Shown piece after piece: positions 1 to 9,288 of a DNA stretch of 64,000 bases (its first letter is position 1; each line of letters starts with the position of its first letter). The stretch comes from Candidatus Hodarchaeum mangrovi (GTDB taxonomy: Archaea > Asgardarchaeota > Heimdallarchaeia > Hodarchaeales > Hodarchaeaceae): NCBI GenBank assembly GCA_016839515.1, contig JAEOUE010000209.1, positions 9,326 to 73,325 of the forward strand, given 5' to 3'. The notes under the pieces were generated by a model, which saw only the letters and a program-made list of their open reading frames with translations, ran no database searches and was not told where the DNA came from. The position numbers were made by a program, and so were the translations under genes.

Positions 1-199
1 GTCGACCCAAAAATTTTGCAGCGGTACGAATTCGCTCATCTGTTTTATGAACATCTAATACGTATAATCCATCGCTCCGAGTTCGATATATTGCCCAATC
101 CATACTCTTCATACCTGAAGAAGTACCAATATGGACTCCAGCCTTTAAATAGTCCTCTAGGGGTGCTAATAGATCCCCTTCAGCCTCAGGGTTCATCAT
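1..199 (-). CDS. rps2: 30S ribosomal protein uS2 (5' part, truncated by window edge)
   Basis: Not in ORF track. Manual translation from ATG at 199 gives [66 protein letters not shown], with the YLxAGVHIGT and [10 protein letters not shown] signatures of archaeal uS2. Confidence 0.93.
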   Translation of the reverse strand, partial: MMNPEAEGDLLAPLEDYLKAGVHIGTSSGMKSMDWAIYRTRSDGLYVLDVHKTDERIRTAAKFLGR

Positions 200-321
200 T
201 TGTCTGAAATTCCTCGGGATTCTCAAAGTTAATGTCTTTTAACGTCTATGAAAGGCTTCATTGAATGGGTTAAGAAGTTTTGTTGTGATTCCTTACATTG
301 TAATTTAAAAGATTCCCTCGA

Positions 322-1128
322 CTAATTGAAATGAAATTCAATAGTTTTTTTCTCAGAATCAGCCCAAGACGCTCTTTTTGTTTCTACTAATAGTTTCATG
401 ATATTTTTAATGTCAGTTCCAGGTAAGGTCGACCAGCTTTGCTTCATTTGGATAATATCATATGCAGTGACCATTTCATACCCATTCTTGAATGCAAACT
501 CAAATAAATCGTCACAGTACGTTATTAGAGTCTTCCAATATATTCGTAACCGTGTTTTTTGCTCATCCCACCATTTTGCTTTGTTTATTTCTACTAAATA
601 ATCTGAAATAAGGATCAATTGAGGAATAGATAATTTCTTCTTTGTAAGTGTATTATAAAAAGGATAAACTAAGCTAATCTCTTGTAAATCAATAATATGA
701 AGATTCAGGATCCGTGCAAAATCTAAAATAAACTCACCCCAAGTGATTAACCACTGCTTTTTGTGTTCAATGTCATCTGGAACCATCCAACGCCAAGGTT
801 TATTTACCCATTGTGGTATAATCGGTTTAATTCTTGGGTCGATTTTACCAGGTTCCAATATAGGCTTTTGCAAAGTTTCGGTACTGATATCGTTCAATAT
901 AGACTCTTGAGAGGAAATTTCAGTATCAATTGTTTGATTAGATGGAGGAATTACTCTTTCTGATGAAAATGAGCTAAGATCTATTTTCTCTGTTTCAGGT
1001 TTTTCGGTTAAAGATTCATTTAATTGATTCATAACACTTTCTAAAACTTCAAAGGGTTCATTTTCTTTCTTTTTAACATCTGATTTCTCGCGTTTTCGTT
1101 GCATCTCAGCCATATACATCCAGCTCAC
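322..1128 (-). CDS. vps25: ESCRT-II subunit Vps25/EAP20 homologue with acidic N-terminal extension
   Basis: W-x2-FILDF, PFYN...KKLS and AKWWDEQKTRLRIYWKT match the tandem winged-helix Vps25 pattern; directly downstream of Vps4. Confidence 0.85.
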   Translation of the reverse strand: MSWMYMAEMQRKREKSDVKKKENEPFEVLESVMNQLNESLTEKPETEKIDLSSFSSERVIPPSNQTIDTEISSQESILNDISTETLQKPILEPGKIDPRIKPIIPQWVNKPWRWMVPDDIEHKKQWLITWGEFILDFARILNLHIIDLQEISLVYPFYNTLTKKKLSIPQLILISDYLVEINKAKWWDEQKTRLRIYWKTLITYCDDLFEFAFKNGYEMVTAYDIIQMKQSWSTLPGTDIKNIMKLLVETKRASWADSEKKTIEFHFN

Positions 1129-1152
1129 TGAACATGTACAGATTTTTGTACC

Positions 1153-2313
1153 TTATCCTCCGAATTTTTCTTTCCACTTTTCATATTCAACAAGCTCTTC
1201 AGGAGAAACAGATGGTTTAATATGAACCATAGATTGTGTGAAATCATCAATATTAGGTTTTCTGGGCTGAATTGAATGGTCTTTTAACGCCCCATCAGCA
1301 TCAAGCTCACGAATAGGATGCATTAATGCTTCACGACAGAGAAGTGCAATGTCTGCAGCAGTATATCCAGCTGTATAATCAGATAATTGACCAAAATCCA
1401 CATTAGAATCTAAAGCAACACCACGAGTGTGAATCTTAAACATAACCTCCCGTGCAGACTGATTAGGCAATCCTATATAAACTCTTCGTTCAAATCGACG
1501 CCTCATTGCTGCATCAATATCCCAAGGAGTATTTGTTGCTCCAATTGTAACAACTAATTCATCTCCAGTTCCAAATCCTTCAACTGCCTGAAGTAGCTGT
1601 GTTTTTACCCGACGCATGGCATCATGCTCGGAAGCACCCCCTCTTCTTCCAGCTAAGGCATCAATTTCATCAAAAAATATAATCGAGGGAGCTTCTTCTT
1701 CTGCACGGTCATAAAGCTCTTCAACTAACTTTTCAGATTCACCTAACCACTTACTGATCAAATTTGCAGCACTAACAGAAAAAAATGTAGAGTCCACCTC
1801 AGAGGCAACAGCTTTACACAGATAAGTTTTTCCACAGCCAGGAGGACCAAATAATAATATTCCTTTCCATGGTTTACGTGCTCCTTTAAATAAGTCAGGG
1901 CGACTCATAGGAAGAATAACTGCCTCTCTCAAGGCTCTTTTAGCTTCTATCATTCCCGCAACGTCCTCCCACTTCACATTTGGCTTTTCTCTGACAATTA
2001 CATCCGATATTGCACCTGTAATTTCATCCTCAGGCCCTGAAGATGCTGAAGAAGAAGGTGTTCCTTTTCCTTTACTTTTCCCTTCCGAGGGTTCAATTAT
2101 TCCTCTAATTTCTTTAACTCGTATAATATAAGACATTGCACGTTCGTAATATAACTTCTTCATATTTGGATCTTCTGTAAAATCTCGTAATTTATGCAGC
2201 TGCTCTGCAGCAGCTATATAGTATCGAATCGATTGATGAGATTGCCCACTTTGATCTAATTTATAGGCGATATTTGCGTTTTTTTTGGCTGCCTCAAACA
2301 ATGGACTAGACAT
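1153..2313 (-). CDS. vps4: Vps4 AAA+ ATPase with N-terminal MIT domain
   Basis: MIT-like helices (AYKLDQSG..YYIAAAEQL); EKPNVKWEDVAG; Walker A GPPGCGKT; SKWLGESEK; Walker B FFDEID; RRRFERR; Vps4_C tail YEKWKEKFG. Confidence 0.96.
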   Translation of the reverse strand: MSSPLFEAAKKNANIAYKLDQSGQSHQSIRYYIAAAEQLHKLRDFTEDPNMKKLYYERAMSYIIRVKEIRGIIEPSEGKSKGKGTPSSSASSGPEDEITGAISDVIVREKPNVKWEDVAGMIEAKRALREAVILPMSRPDLFKGARKPWKGILLFGPPGCGKTYLCKAVASEVDSTFFSVSAANLISKWLGESEKLVEELYDRAEEEAPSIIFFDEIDALAGRRGGASEHDAMRRVKTQLLQAVEGFGTGDELVVTIGATNTPWDIDAAMRRRFERRVYIGLPNQSAREVMFKIHTRGVALDSNVDFGQLSDYTAGYTAADIALLCREALMHPIRELDADGALKDHSIQPRKPNIDDFTQSMVHIKPSVSPEELVEYEKWKEKFGG

Positions 2314-2355
2314 AATGTATTCTCCTTAGATTAATCAAATTAGAAAATGAAGGAA

Positions 2356-2967
2356 TTAATCTTTCTTAATTTTTTCTAGTTCTTTTTGTAGCTCTTGAGA
2401 ACGAATATCTGGCGTTGGAAGCCCAAAATCTGCTGTAGCTACTTTTGAGGCACTAATTTCACCAATTATTTTTTCCACCATTTCATCTTCTTCAACATCA
2501 GAGGTCATCATTTCAAATCCCTCATCCATTGCATCAGTAGCAATATCAATTCTTTCGGTTTCTATCTCCATTTGTTGAAGAACTCCCTCTAATTGGGGGA
2601 TTTTCAGCTGAGTATTCATTTGATGAAGTGCTCTTACTAATCCTCTCAAGTCTTTTCCAATTGCTTGAGTTGCTGCTGCTTGTTCGAGTTTAAATTTAAT
2701 AGCTTTTACCCGGCTAGCCATCTGTTGGCATCCTCGGGCCATGGTACGATTTTTGGCTACATCTTTGGCTAATAAACGGGCGGTAGTCATATCTCCATCT
2801 TCGACAGCTTTTTCTACTTCCTTCAACATCTGTCTTTCTTCTTTAATCAGCTTATTTCGTTGGCGTGTCATTCTTTTTTCAACCATTCGAAGACGAACTA
2901 TCCACTTGCGTGTGTTTGTAGAACGATCTCCACCTCTAAGCCAGTTCCCGAATTTATCAAATACCAT
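2356..2967 (-). CDS. ESCRT-III, Vps2/24/46 class (ESCRT-IIIA)
   Basis: Basic N-half, acidic C-half; ARLLAKDVAKNR motif; C-terminal LPTP plus MIM1-like ELQKELEKIK. Confidence 0.92.
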   Translation of the reverse strand: MVFDKFGNWLRGGDRSTNTRKWIVRLRMVEKRMTRQRNKLIKEERQMLKEVEKAVEDGDMTTARLLAKDVAKNRTMARGCQQMASRVKAIKFKLEQAAATQAIGKDLRGLVRALHQMNTQLKIPQLEGVLQQMEIETERIDIATDAMDEGFEMMTSDVEEDEMVEKIIGEISASKVATADFGLPTPDIRSQELQKELEKIKKD

Positions 2968-2969
2968 TA

Positions 2970-3641
2970 TTAAGACCTCAATCCTTCTTCAATTTGTTTT
3001 CGCATTTCTTCCAATTTTTTCTTATCAGCTTCTTTGGTTGCAGAACTTTGAGTGCCTGTAGAGGAACTAATTGGAGAAGACACTGCTGGTTCTTTTTTTT
3101 CCTTAATAAATGATTCAGAAGCAATTTCAGCTTCTAATTCAGCCATTTGTTGAGAAATACGGTCTTCAGCTTCTACATCCATCCCAATTTCGGTAATAGA
3201 GGTATCTGTAAGTGCTTCATCCATATCTGAAACCATTTCGATTGAATCCTCTAATGCCATCATAACTTCCTCTGTTCGTTCTGGAGAAGCTGCAGCGATA
3301 TTAGCATCTATGGATGTTTGAGCATCAGATAGGGTCTGAGTAAGGGTTACATTATCTGCTGAAATATCTAGTGTATCTATCGTTCGTTGAAGATTTGAAA
3401 TTTTATTATAGCTGCTTGTTACTTGTGTTAAATATAATTCACGTCTTTTTAACGCTTGTTGAGCACCTTGTTTATTACCGCCCCTAAGTAGTGTTCGTGC
3501 AAGGTCATGTTGCTCATCTGCTTGGCGCTGATAATTTTTTATCTTAACTTCCATTTGATTAATCGTTCGTTTAAGCTTTGCCTTAGTTTCGGTTGAGCTT
3601 GAAGGTTTTTTTCCAGTTAAGAATCCTTTAATTCTTTTCAA
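2970..3641 (-). CDS. ESCRT-III, Vps20/32/60 (Snf7) class (ESCRT-IIIB)
   Basis: GNKQGAQQALKRRELY Snf7 signature; charge-bipartite coiled coil; TTG start. Confidence 0.92.
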   Translation of the reverse strand: MKRIKGFLTGKKPSSSTETKAKLKRTINQMEVKIKNYQRQADEQHDLARTLLRGGNKQGAQQALKRRELYLTQVTSSYNKISNLQRTIDTLDISADNVTLTQTLSDAQTSIDANIAAASPERTEEVMMALEDSIEMVSDMDEALTDTSITEIGMDVEAEDRISQQMAELEAEIASESFIKEKKEPAVSSPISSSTGTQSSATKEADKKKLEEMRKQIEEGLRS

Positions 3642-3856
3642 AGAAGTATCATCTCTTCTAATTGTTATTATATATAAGTCCTTAAAATATATTATATAAG
3701 TTCATGTCACTTTCAGGTAGGCTTCTTATTAAGACTTCCTATAAGTACTATATAACTCCCTTCTACAGATATGGTATATCCAAATTATGATTTTCCTCTT
3801 AATGATAATAGTAAAGACCTGTGTCCAATGATAATAATTAACATTAACGTATCAGA

Positions 3857-4591
3857 TCAAATTGCAGGGAACGAAATGGTTAATCCATCAAGGGAATCGG
3901 ATTTAATTGCAATACGCTGCTTTATTAGAGAATCTAACGCATTATTAACCCTTTCTATAGTCCATGAGGTTTTTCTCAACAATTCAGATAATCCAATCTC
4001 ACCATTATATTGAGCTGCGAGTTCTAATATCACTTGGTGATCATCAGATAGTTTTGGATCCAAAAATTCAACAATTTTTATTCCAGCTAGTTTTTTAATT
4101 GCATGTATCATTCCATTTTCTTCAAGCATCTTCAGGGCAGAATTCATATCATTTATTGAGATTGTAATCCCTTTACTTTCATCATTAAGTCGTGTAAGCA
4201 ATTCAGAAACGCTTAATAATCCTCCAGTTTGAAGCCTTGTGTTTTTCCCAATTTCTATAATTCTTAGGCTTAAATAATTCAGATAATCATCTTTTCCCTT
4301 TAATTTATCTATTATCCCTGGTTTTTTCCCTACCTCATAGATTCCAAGAGCTTGTGGAAGACCTAACTCCTCTCGAATTATCATTAGACGTTGAGCCAAT
4401 TGTGGATTTTTCTTGAAATCTCCTTCATAGGTTTTTTCCAATTTTTGAAGCTCATCATGAAGCTGATGGACTTTTTGACTTAATTCTTCAAGGGATTTAA
4501 GCGCAAGTTTTGTACCTTTTCTTTTCAATTCAGCTTCTTGTGTGATTTTCTCTTCAATTCTTCGTAATCCCATTGGTTTAGCATTCCTCAT
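3857..4591 (-). CDS. vps22: ESCRT-II subunit Vps22/EAP30 homologue
   Basis: GLRRI N-terminus, DYLNYLSLRIIEIG, TGGLLSVSEL, LSDDHQVILELA, WTIERVNNALDSL. Confidence 0.92.
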   Translation of the reverse strand: MRNAKPMGLRRIEEKITQEAELKRKGTKLALKSLEELSQKVHQLHDELQKLEKTYEGDFKKNPQLAQRLMIIREELGLPQALGIYEVGKKPGIIDKLKGKDDYLNYLSLRIIEIGKNTRLQTGGLLSVSELLTRLNDESKGITISINDMNSALKMLEENGMIHAIKKLAGIKIVEFLDPKLSDDHQVILELAAQYNGEIGLSELLRKTSWTIERVNNALDSLIKQRIAIKSDSLDGLTISFPAI

Positions 4592-4950
4592 TTTTTTTGA
4601 TAGAGGTCACTCGTTAGAAATCTATGTTAAGATCTTTATATTTCTTTACAATTCGGTACAAAAAAAAGAGCCTTTATAGGAAATTTTCCTGAATAGGGGT
4701 TATAATTGATCATTCTAATTTAATTAACTATCCTTTTCTCCTGATTAATACGAAGTACTTCATTTTTGTGTTTTTCGTTGAAATAATCAGTTTTTCTTTA
4801 AATTTACTACAAGATCATTTATTTTAAGTCTTTAATTTATATATAATCAACTTTTACAAAAAATTATAGGGATAATACACAACATATTATGCTAAGATTT
4901 TCTTTCCTTATAAAGACAGTTTTCAGTTAAATGTTTAGGTTTGGATCAGA

Positions 4951-6297
4951 ATGGTACTTGATCTTAGTTTCAGCTCAGCTCCTATTTATTGTTCATTCTG
5001 TGGTACCATGATAATTGATTCAAACTCTAAAAAATGTTTGGAATGCGAAGCTTCCTTCTGTGCTAAATGTAGTGCTAATCTTCAGATAAATGGTTCTGCT
5101 CTTCAATGTCCATGTGGATCAAATAATATTGAAGATTATGGATCAAATAATAGCAATACAGCCCAATCTCTAGAACACGTTTTTGAACTTAAACGTTCGC
5201 TTAAACAAATGGCATATAGACCAGTGGTGGCCCTTAAAAGAACAGGTCAGTTAGAATTACGCCTCCGATCTCTTCGAAAACAGTTCTTAATCCCACGTCA
5301 TCATTTAGACAAGATTTTCTTAGAGACAAAAAAAATTGAAAATTTCATTTTGGAGGAGTTTTTCTCTTATTCAGAAAAATTACATCGTATATATCGTTCT
5401 GTTCTTGGATTCGATTCAGGATTCTCCGATCTTCGAAATATTTCAATGCAATTCACTCTTTTTGAAAAGCAAATTACAAGTTTTGACCAAACCGTCCAAA
5501 CCAAACTCGATCCTATTCAAGATTTAATTCACGAACTTGAAACTATATGTAATTCGTTTGAAGACATGGCAAAAAAATTATCGAGTTGTTTTGATATATT
5601 CTTCCTAGTTCCAGGAGAACTAGGGATTGGATACTTTTCAGATATTGATCTTAAGAAAAATAGAAGCCGTAAGAAAACAATTGACCTTGCTATTACTACT
5701 GATCGTATTGTGATGCTTCAAAATAAACGTTATAAAGTGTTTAGTAATAAAGCAATTATTTTTGATGAATTTCCTCCTGAAGATTTAATTGATGTGCAAA
5801 AATCGAATTCAGGATTCTTTAAACGAGATGAATTGTCAATAACGACAATCCAGCAGGATTACATACTTCGGGCTGAGTCTACTATCTTATTACGTATCTT
5901 TGATTCACTTCAAGTAAGTTATTATGGACGACCAAGTGAGTTATATATATATGAACCTTTTCGGGACTGGTCTTCAGAAAATTATCAAGAAAAAATATTA
6001 AATGCTTTAAATTTTCAGATAGATTCCAGTAGAGATGCAAAAATTCATTCTGAAACACCAAACCAACATGATAAAGATCCAGAATTCGTGATTGGTGTTT
6101 TGCAAGATAGACTTCGTGATCTAAGAATTCGAAAACTAGCAAATGAAAAAGCTTTGCAGGAGTTGAAAGAAGGAAGAAAAAAAGTCCATAGTCGCGAATA
6201 TTTCGATCTCGTAAGACAATTTGAGCTGGAATTAGCAAAATTGAATGAGGAGATTACAGAATTACTAATCAGAACAGGAAAAACAAATATTTTATAG
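4951..6297 (+). CDS. Uncharacterised ESCRT-locus protein: 8-Cys Zn finger, coiled coil, PH-like domain, C-terminal helical hairpin
   Basis: CSFC..CLEC..FCAKC..CPC; heptad region at ~aa 70-210; LAITTDRIVML...LIDVQK..GFF..ELSITT PH-like pattern; C-terminal hairpin. Confidence 0.75.
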   Translation: MVLDLSFSSAPIYCSFCGTMIIDSNSKKCLECEASFCAKCSANLQINGSALQCPCGSNNIEDYGSNNSNTAQSLEHVFELKRSLKQMAYRPVVALKRTGQLELRLRSLRKQFLIPRHHLDKIFLETKKIENFILEEFFSYSEKLHRIYRSVLGFDSGFSDLRNISMQFTLFEKQITSFDQTVQTKLDPIQDLIHELETICNSFEDMAKKLSSCFDIFFLVPGELGIGYFSDIDLKKNRSRKKTIDLAITTDRIVMLQNKRYKVFSNKAIIFDEFPPEDLIDVQKSNSGFFKRDELSITTIQQDYILRAESTILLRIFDSLQVSYYGRPSELYIYEPFRDWSSENYQEKILNALNFQIDSSRDAKIHSETPNQHDKDPEFVIGVLQDRLRDLRIRKLANEKALQELKEGRKKVHSREYFDLVRQFELELAKLNEEITELLIRTGKTNIL

Positions 6298-6300
6298 ACT

Positions 6301-6930
6301 TTATAGATTGGTTAATTCCCGTCTGAAATTTGATAACCAACGGGACGCCTGTAATTCAAGTTTTTTAAGCTCATCAGTCTTTAATAATTGACCTGGTTTT
6401 TGGCGATCCATCCAACCAATCCATTGACTTATATCTTGAGTTACCCAATGATCTTTTCCATATATTTTAAGATTAGTTAATATAGATGCTAATTCATCTA
6501 AATATGGTAATATTCGATCTACTGTTGCAATTGCCTCTAAATGTAGTAAATCTAGGAGTTCGATTGTATTGGCCACAAAATCAGCAGCAATTGCTGGCAA
6601 TCTTTTTATTTGGCTATAATCGATTTGATTCAACGGATTATCAGCATCACCTTCAGTTCTTCGTACTTTTTCTAAACCGAAAGGAAATTTGGACTCCATT
6701 GCCTCTTTTTTGATGAAATCATCCAAATTGAAATGGTATTGGTCTAGTGCTGCCCGAGTTTCAACAATACTGGATAAAAGGTTTTTGAATTGCTTATGAT
6801 AGATATTTGGATCAATTTCACCTTTCTCAAATGTTCGTGAAAGAAGATCAAGTGTACCAATATCAGCATAAAGTCTAGCTTCTAGTTCCCATCGTTTCTT
6901 TAAATTCGGTGGAAAGGTCATTTGTGTCAT
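6301..6930 (-). CDS. vps28: ESCRT-I subunit Vps28 homologue
   Basis: ARLYADIGTLDLLSRTFEKGEIDPNIY and FVANTIELLDLL..VDRILPYLDEL match the Vps28 N and C domains; coupled to vps23. Confidence 0.9.
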   Translation of the reverse strand: MTQMTFPPNLKKRWELEARLYADIGTLDLLSRTFEKGEIDPNIYHKQFKNLLSSIVETRAALDQYHFNLDDFIKKEAMESKFPFGLEKVRRTEGDADNPLNQIDYSQIKRLPAIAADFVANTIELLDLLHLEAIATVDRILPYLDELASILTNLKIYGKDHWVTQDISQWIGWMDRQKPGQLLKTDELKKLELQASRWLSNFRRELTNL

Positions 6931-6931
6931 C

Positions 6932-7666
6932 TTATCCTATATAATCAAGTTCTTTTCGGATTAAGTATAAGTCTTTGGAATATTTTTTATACAGACGGGA
7001 ATATTCAAAAATTGATATTTCTCCAGCTGCATAACGATCCTCAAGAGAGGCTAATAATTCAGAAATTGCTATACGTTCTGATTCTAAATCGTCCTTGGTT
7101 GATCTTTGGGGTCGTTTTTCCTCGCCTAAACTTTCAGTTTGAACCATCTGTCGTGCGCGCAATCTCGCTAGCTCTTCTTCTTTTTCCTGTAGAGTTTGGT
7201 TTAAATTGATGAGTTCTTTGCGTAACGAATCGGTCTCTGCATTAACTGTAGGTTCGATATAACGAGGAGGTGACTCTGTGATTTTGATTACAGTATCCCG
7301 TACGGATCTAGCAGTTTCACCACGTGGAGCAGGTGGAACACGGGACATTAGATTTTTCAATGCTATTATAACTTGATATAAATGAAATTCCGCCCGCCAA
7401 TTTTCTAAGATTCGTAATTGAACAAATCCATCCTCATCGATATTTGGATGATCCATCCAACCCACTGCTGTGACAACAGGAGGAACATTAGGAAAATATT
7501 CAGGTAGAAATATCTCAAAGGTGAACATATTTCGACCACGACTCGTTGTATATGTCAAAGTGCCTTGCCATTTGGCAAGAGAATCCTCAACAGGATTGAA
7601 ACCTGATGCAGCAGTGTTGGAATAAACTAATTGTGCTTCACGCGCGAGTATAAAGTCTCTATCCAT
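6932..7666 (-). CDS. vps23: ESCRT-I subunit Vps23/TSG101 homologue (UEV + coiled coil + steadiness box)
   Basis: E2-like fold IFLPEYFPNVPP..HPNIDEDGFVQL lacking catalytic Cys; coiled coil; steadiness box LEDRYAAGEISIFEYSRLYKKYSKDLY. Confidence 0.92.
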   Translation of the reverse strand: MDRDFILAREAQLVYSNTAASGFNPVEDSLAKWQGTLTYTTSRGRNMFTFEIFLPEYFPNVPPVVTAVGWMDHPNIDEDGFVQLRILENWRAEFHLYQVIIALKNLMSRVPPAPRGETARSVRDTVIKITESPPRYIEPTVNAETDSLRKELINLNQTLQEKEEELARLRARQMVQTESLGEEKRPQRSTKDDLESERIAISELLASLEDRYAAGEISIFEYSRLYKKYSKDLYLIRKELDYIG

Positions 7667-7891
7667 TTTTTTAACTCCTAACCTCGGTTTTATTTACAAT
7701 ACCAATCTGAGGAGGTTTTTTTCGAGTATTTTAAACGATTCAGATCATGTATATTTAATTTAATGAACCTTAAAAAAGACTCACAATAAGGAATGGGAAT
7801 ATTCCTAATTATCCTTTGTTAAGGATTTATTACCTCACAGGTTTCTTAATACATGAAATATTTAATTTTTTTTCTTCAATGAATATTTAAT

Positions 7892-9133
7892 TTAATTTTT
7901 CTTTTTTAAAGGATTTGCTAGGAAATTTAATAATTCTTGTCCTAAAAGTTCAAATGCATATTCGATATTTAACCCTGTCTTTGCACTTGTTGGGAGATAA
8001 TAGATTTTAAATCCTCGATATTGCTTTGAAATTTGTGATAAACGACCAACAAAAATTCTTGCTTTTTCTTCAGAGACACAATGAATTGTACCATCGCAAA
8101 GATCAGTTTTATTTCCAAGAATCACAAGTGGGACAGGACCACGTCCATTACTCTTCCAGAGCTCATTCATCCATAAAACAATATTCTGAAAACTATCAGG
8201 TCTGGTAACATCAAATACGGCAAGTGCTCCAATTGCTGTAGTATAATAAGCCATACGAACTCCATCAAACCGTGGTTGCCCTGCTAAATCCCAGATTACG
8301 TATTTAATTCTTTTCCCACCAGCATAAATCAAAGATGATTTTTTTACTGCCAAATCGGCCCCAATAGTCATTTGATAATCATGTCGAAAGCCTTCTCCAA
8401 GATAATGTCTACGAATGGATGTTTTCCCAACAGCACCATCACCAATTAATATTATTTTTAGAGTGTGCTCTTCTTGGACAAAATTGGCTTTTGCAGACTC
8501 TATTAACTGCTCTAATGCTCTACTTAATTCCTTATTAATTGAAGGTATTTGCTCTGGATAAAGCTTCAAGACTTCAACAATCTGGAAAGCTAAAGGAGCT
8601 GCTTTATCACGTGGTACAAATTTAGAGGTTATGATTGAAATAATAAAATCTTGAATGATGAAGAAATGTATCGTTTGATTTTCAAGGGAAAGTTCCTCAA
8701 GCATTTTACCTAATTTGTGATGAACATAATTATTAATTGCATTTAAGATAAAACCAGTAGTTTCTTTATAATCGTTGCTAACCTCAGAGGGAAATTCAAA
8801 TAAACATTTGCCATTCTGTTTGTAGCAGGAAATGAAATGAATTTCTTCTACTTTTTCTGGTTTTTCTAACCCAAATTTGCGAAATTCCTCTATTTCTTTT
8901 TTACTAGCCATTTCCCCCTCTGAATAAACAGTTTGCAATAAATTTAAATAATCGCTACGTCCTGACAATGCTTCTTCCAAATCAACTTGAATTTTTAACT
9001 GAAACTCTTCCATTTCACTGGCAATTGATTCGTCTAAAACTCGGTCTTCTAGAGATTGTTTCTTTTTTCTTTGTAAAGTATTAAAGGACGAGAGTTTTTC
9101 TTTCATTGACCGAATTCTCCGGAGTTTTTTCAA
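7892..9133 (-). CDS. Longin-domain / Rab-like small GTPase fusion
   Basis: G1 GDGAVGKT, G2 YQMTIG, G3 WDLAGQ, G4 NKTD, G5 TSAK; RabF-like IGADL/KYVIW/YYTTA/VFDVT; central longin-like segment. Confidence 0.85.
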   Translation of the reverse strand: MKKLRRIRSMKEKLSSFNTLQRKKKQSLEDRVLDESIASEMEEFQLKIQVDLEEALSGRSDYLNLLQTVYSEGEMASKKEIEEFRKFGLEKPEKVEEIHFISCYKQNGKCLFEFPSEVSNDYKETTGFILNAINNYVHHKLGKMLEELSLENQTIHFFIIQDFIISIITSKFVPRDKAAPLAFQIVEVLKLYPEQIPSINKELSRALEQLIESAKANFVQEEHTLKIILIGDGAVGKTSIRRHYLGEGFRHDYQMTIGADLAVKKSSLIYAGGKRIKYVIWDLAGQPRFDGVRMAYYTTAIGALAVFDVTRPDSFQNIVLWMNELWKSNGRGPVPLVILGNKTDLCDGTIHCVSEEKARIFVGRLSQISKQYRGFKIYYLPTSAKTGLNIEYAFELLGQELLNFLANPLKKKN

Positions 9134-9288
9134 GCGAATTCTATTTTTAATTTAAGAAATGCACTTAAGCTCTTTAAGCGTTTGTTAATCAAGAATTCAC
9201 TTCTCTCTTAAAATCTTACAGTTCAATTAATCAATATTGATATGACCAAGATTTATTCCACAATATATTCCAAATTAAGTGTTAAACT

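Noticed and set aside
16-207. 63-aa plus-strand ORF
   Set aside because: Antisense shadow of rps2
398-8208. Short opposite-strand ORFs (398, 763, 2741, 3771, 5882, 6486, 6922, 8026) and the nested 5336 ORF
   Set aside because: Overlap well-supported genes and have no motifs
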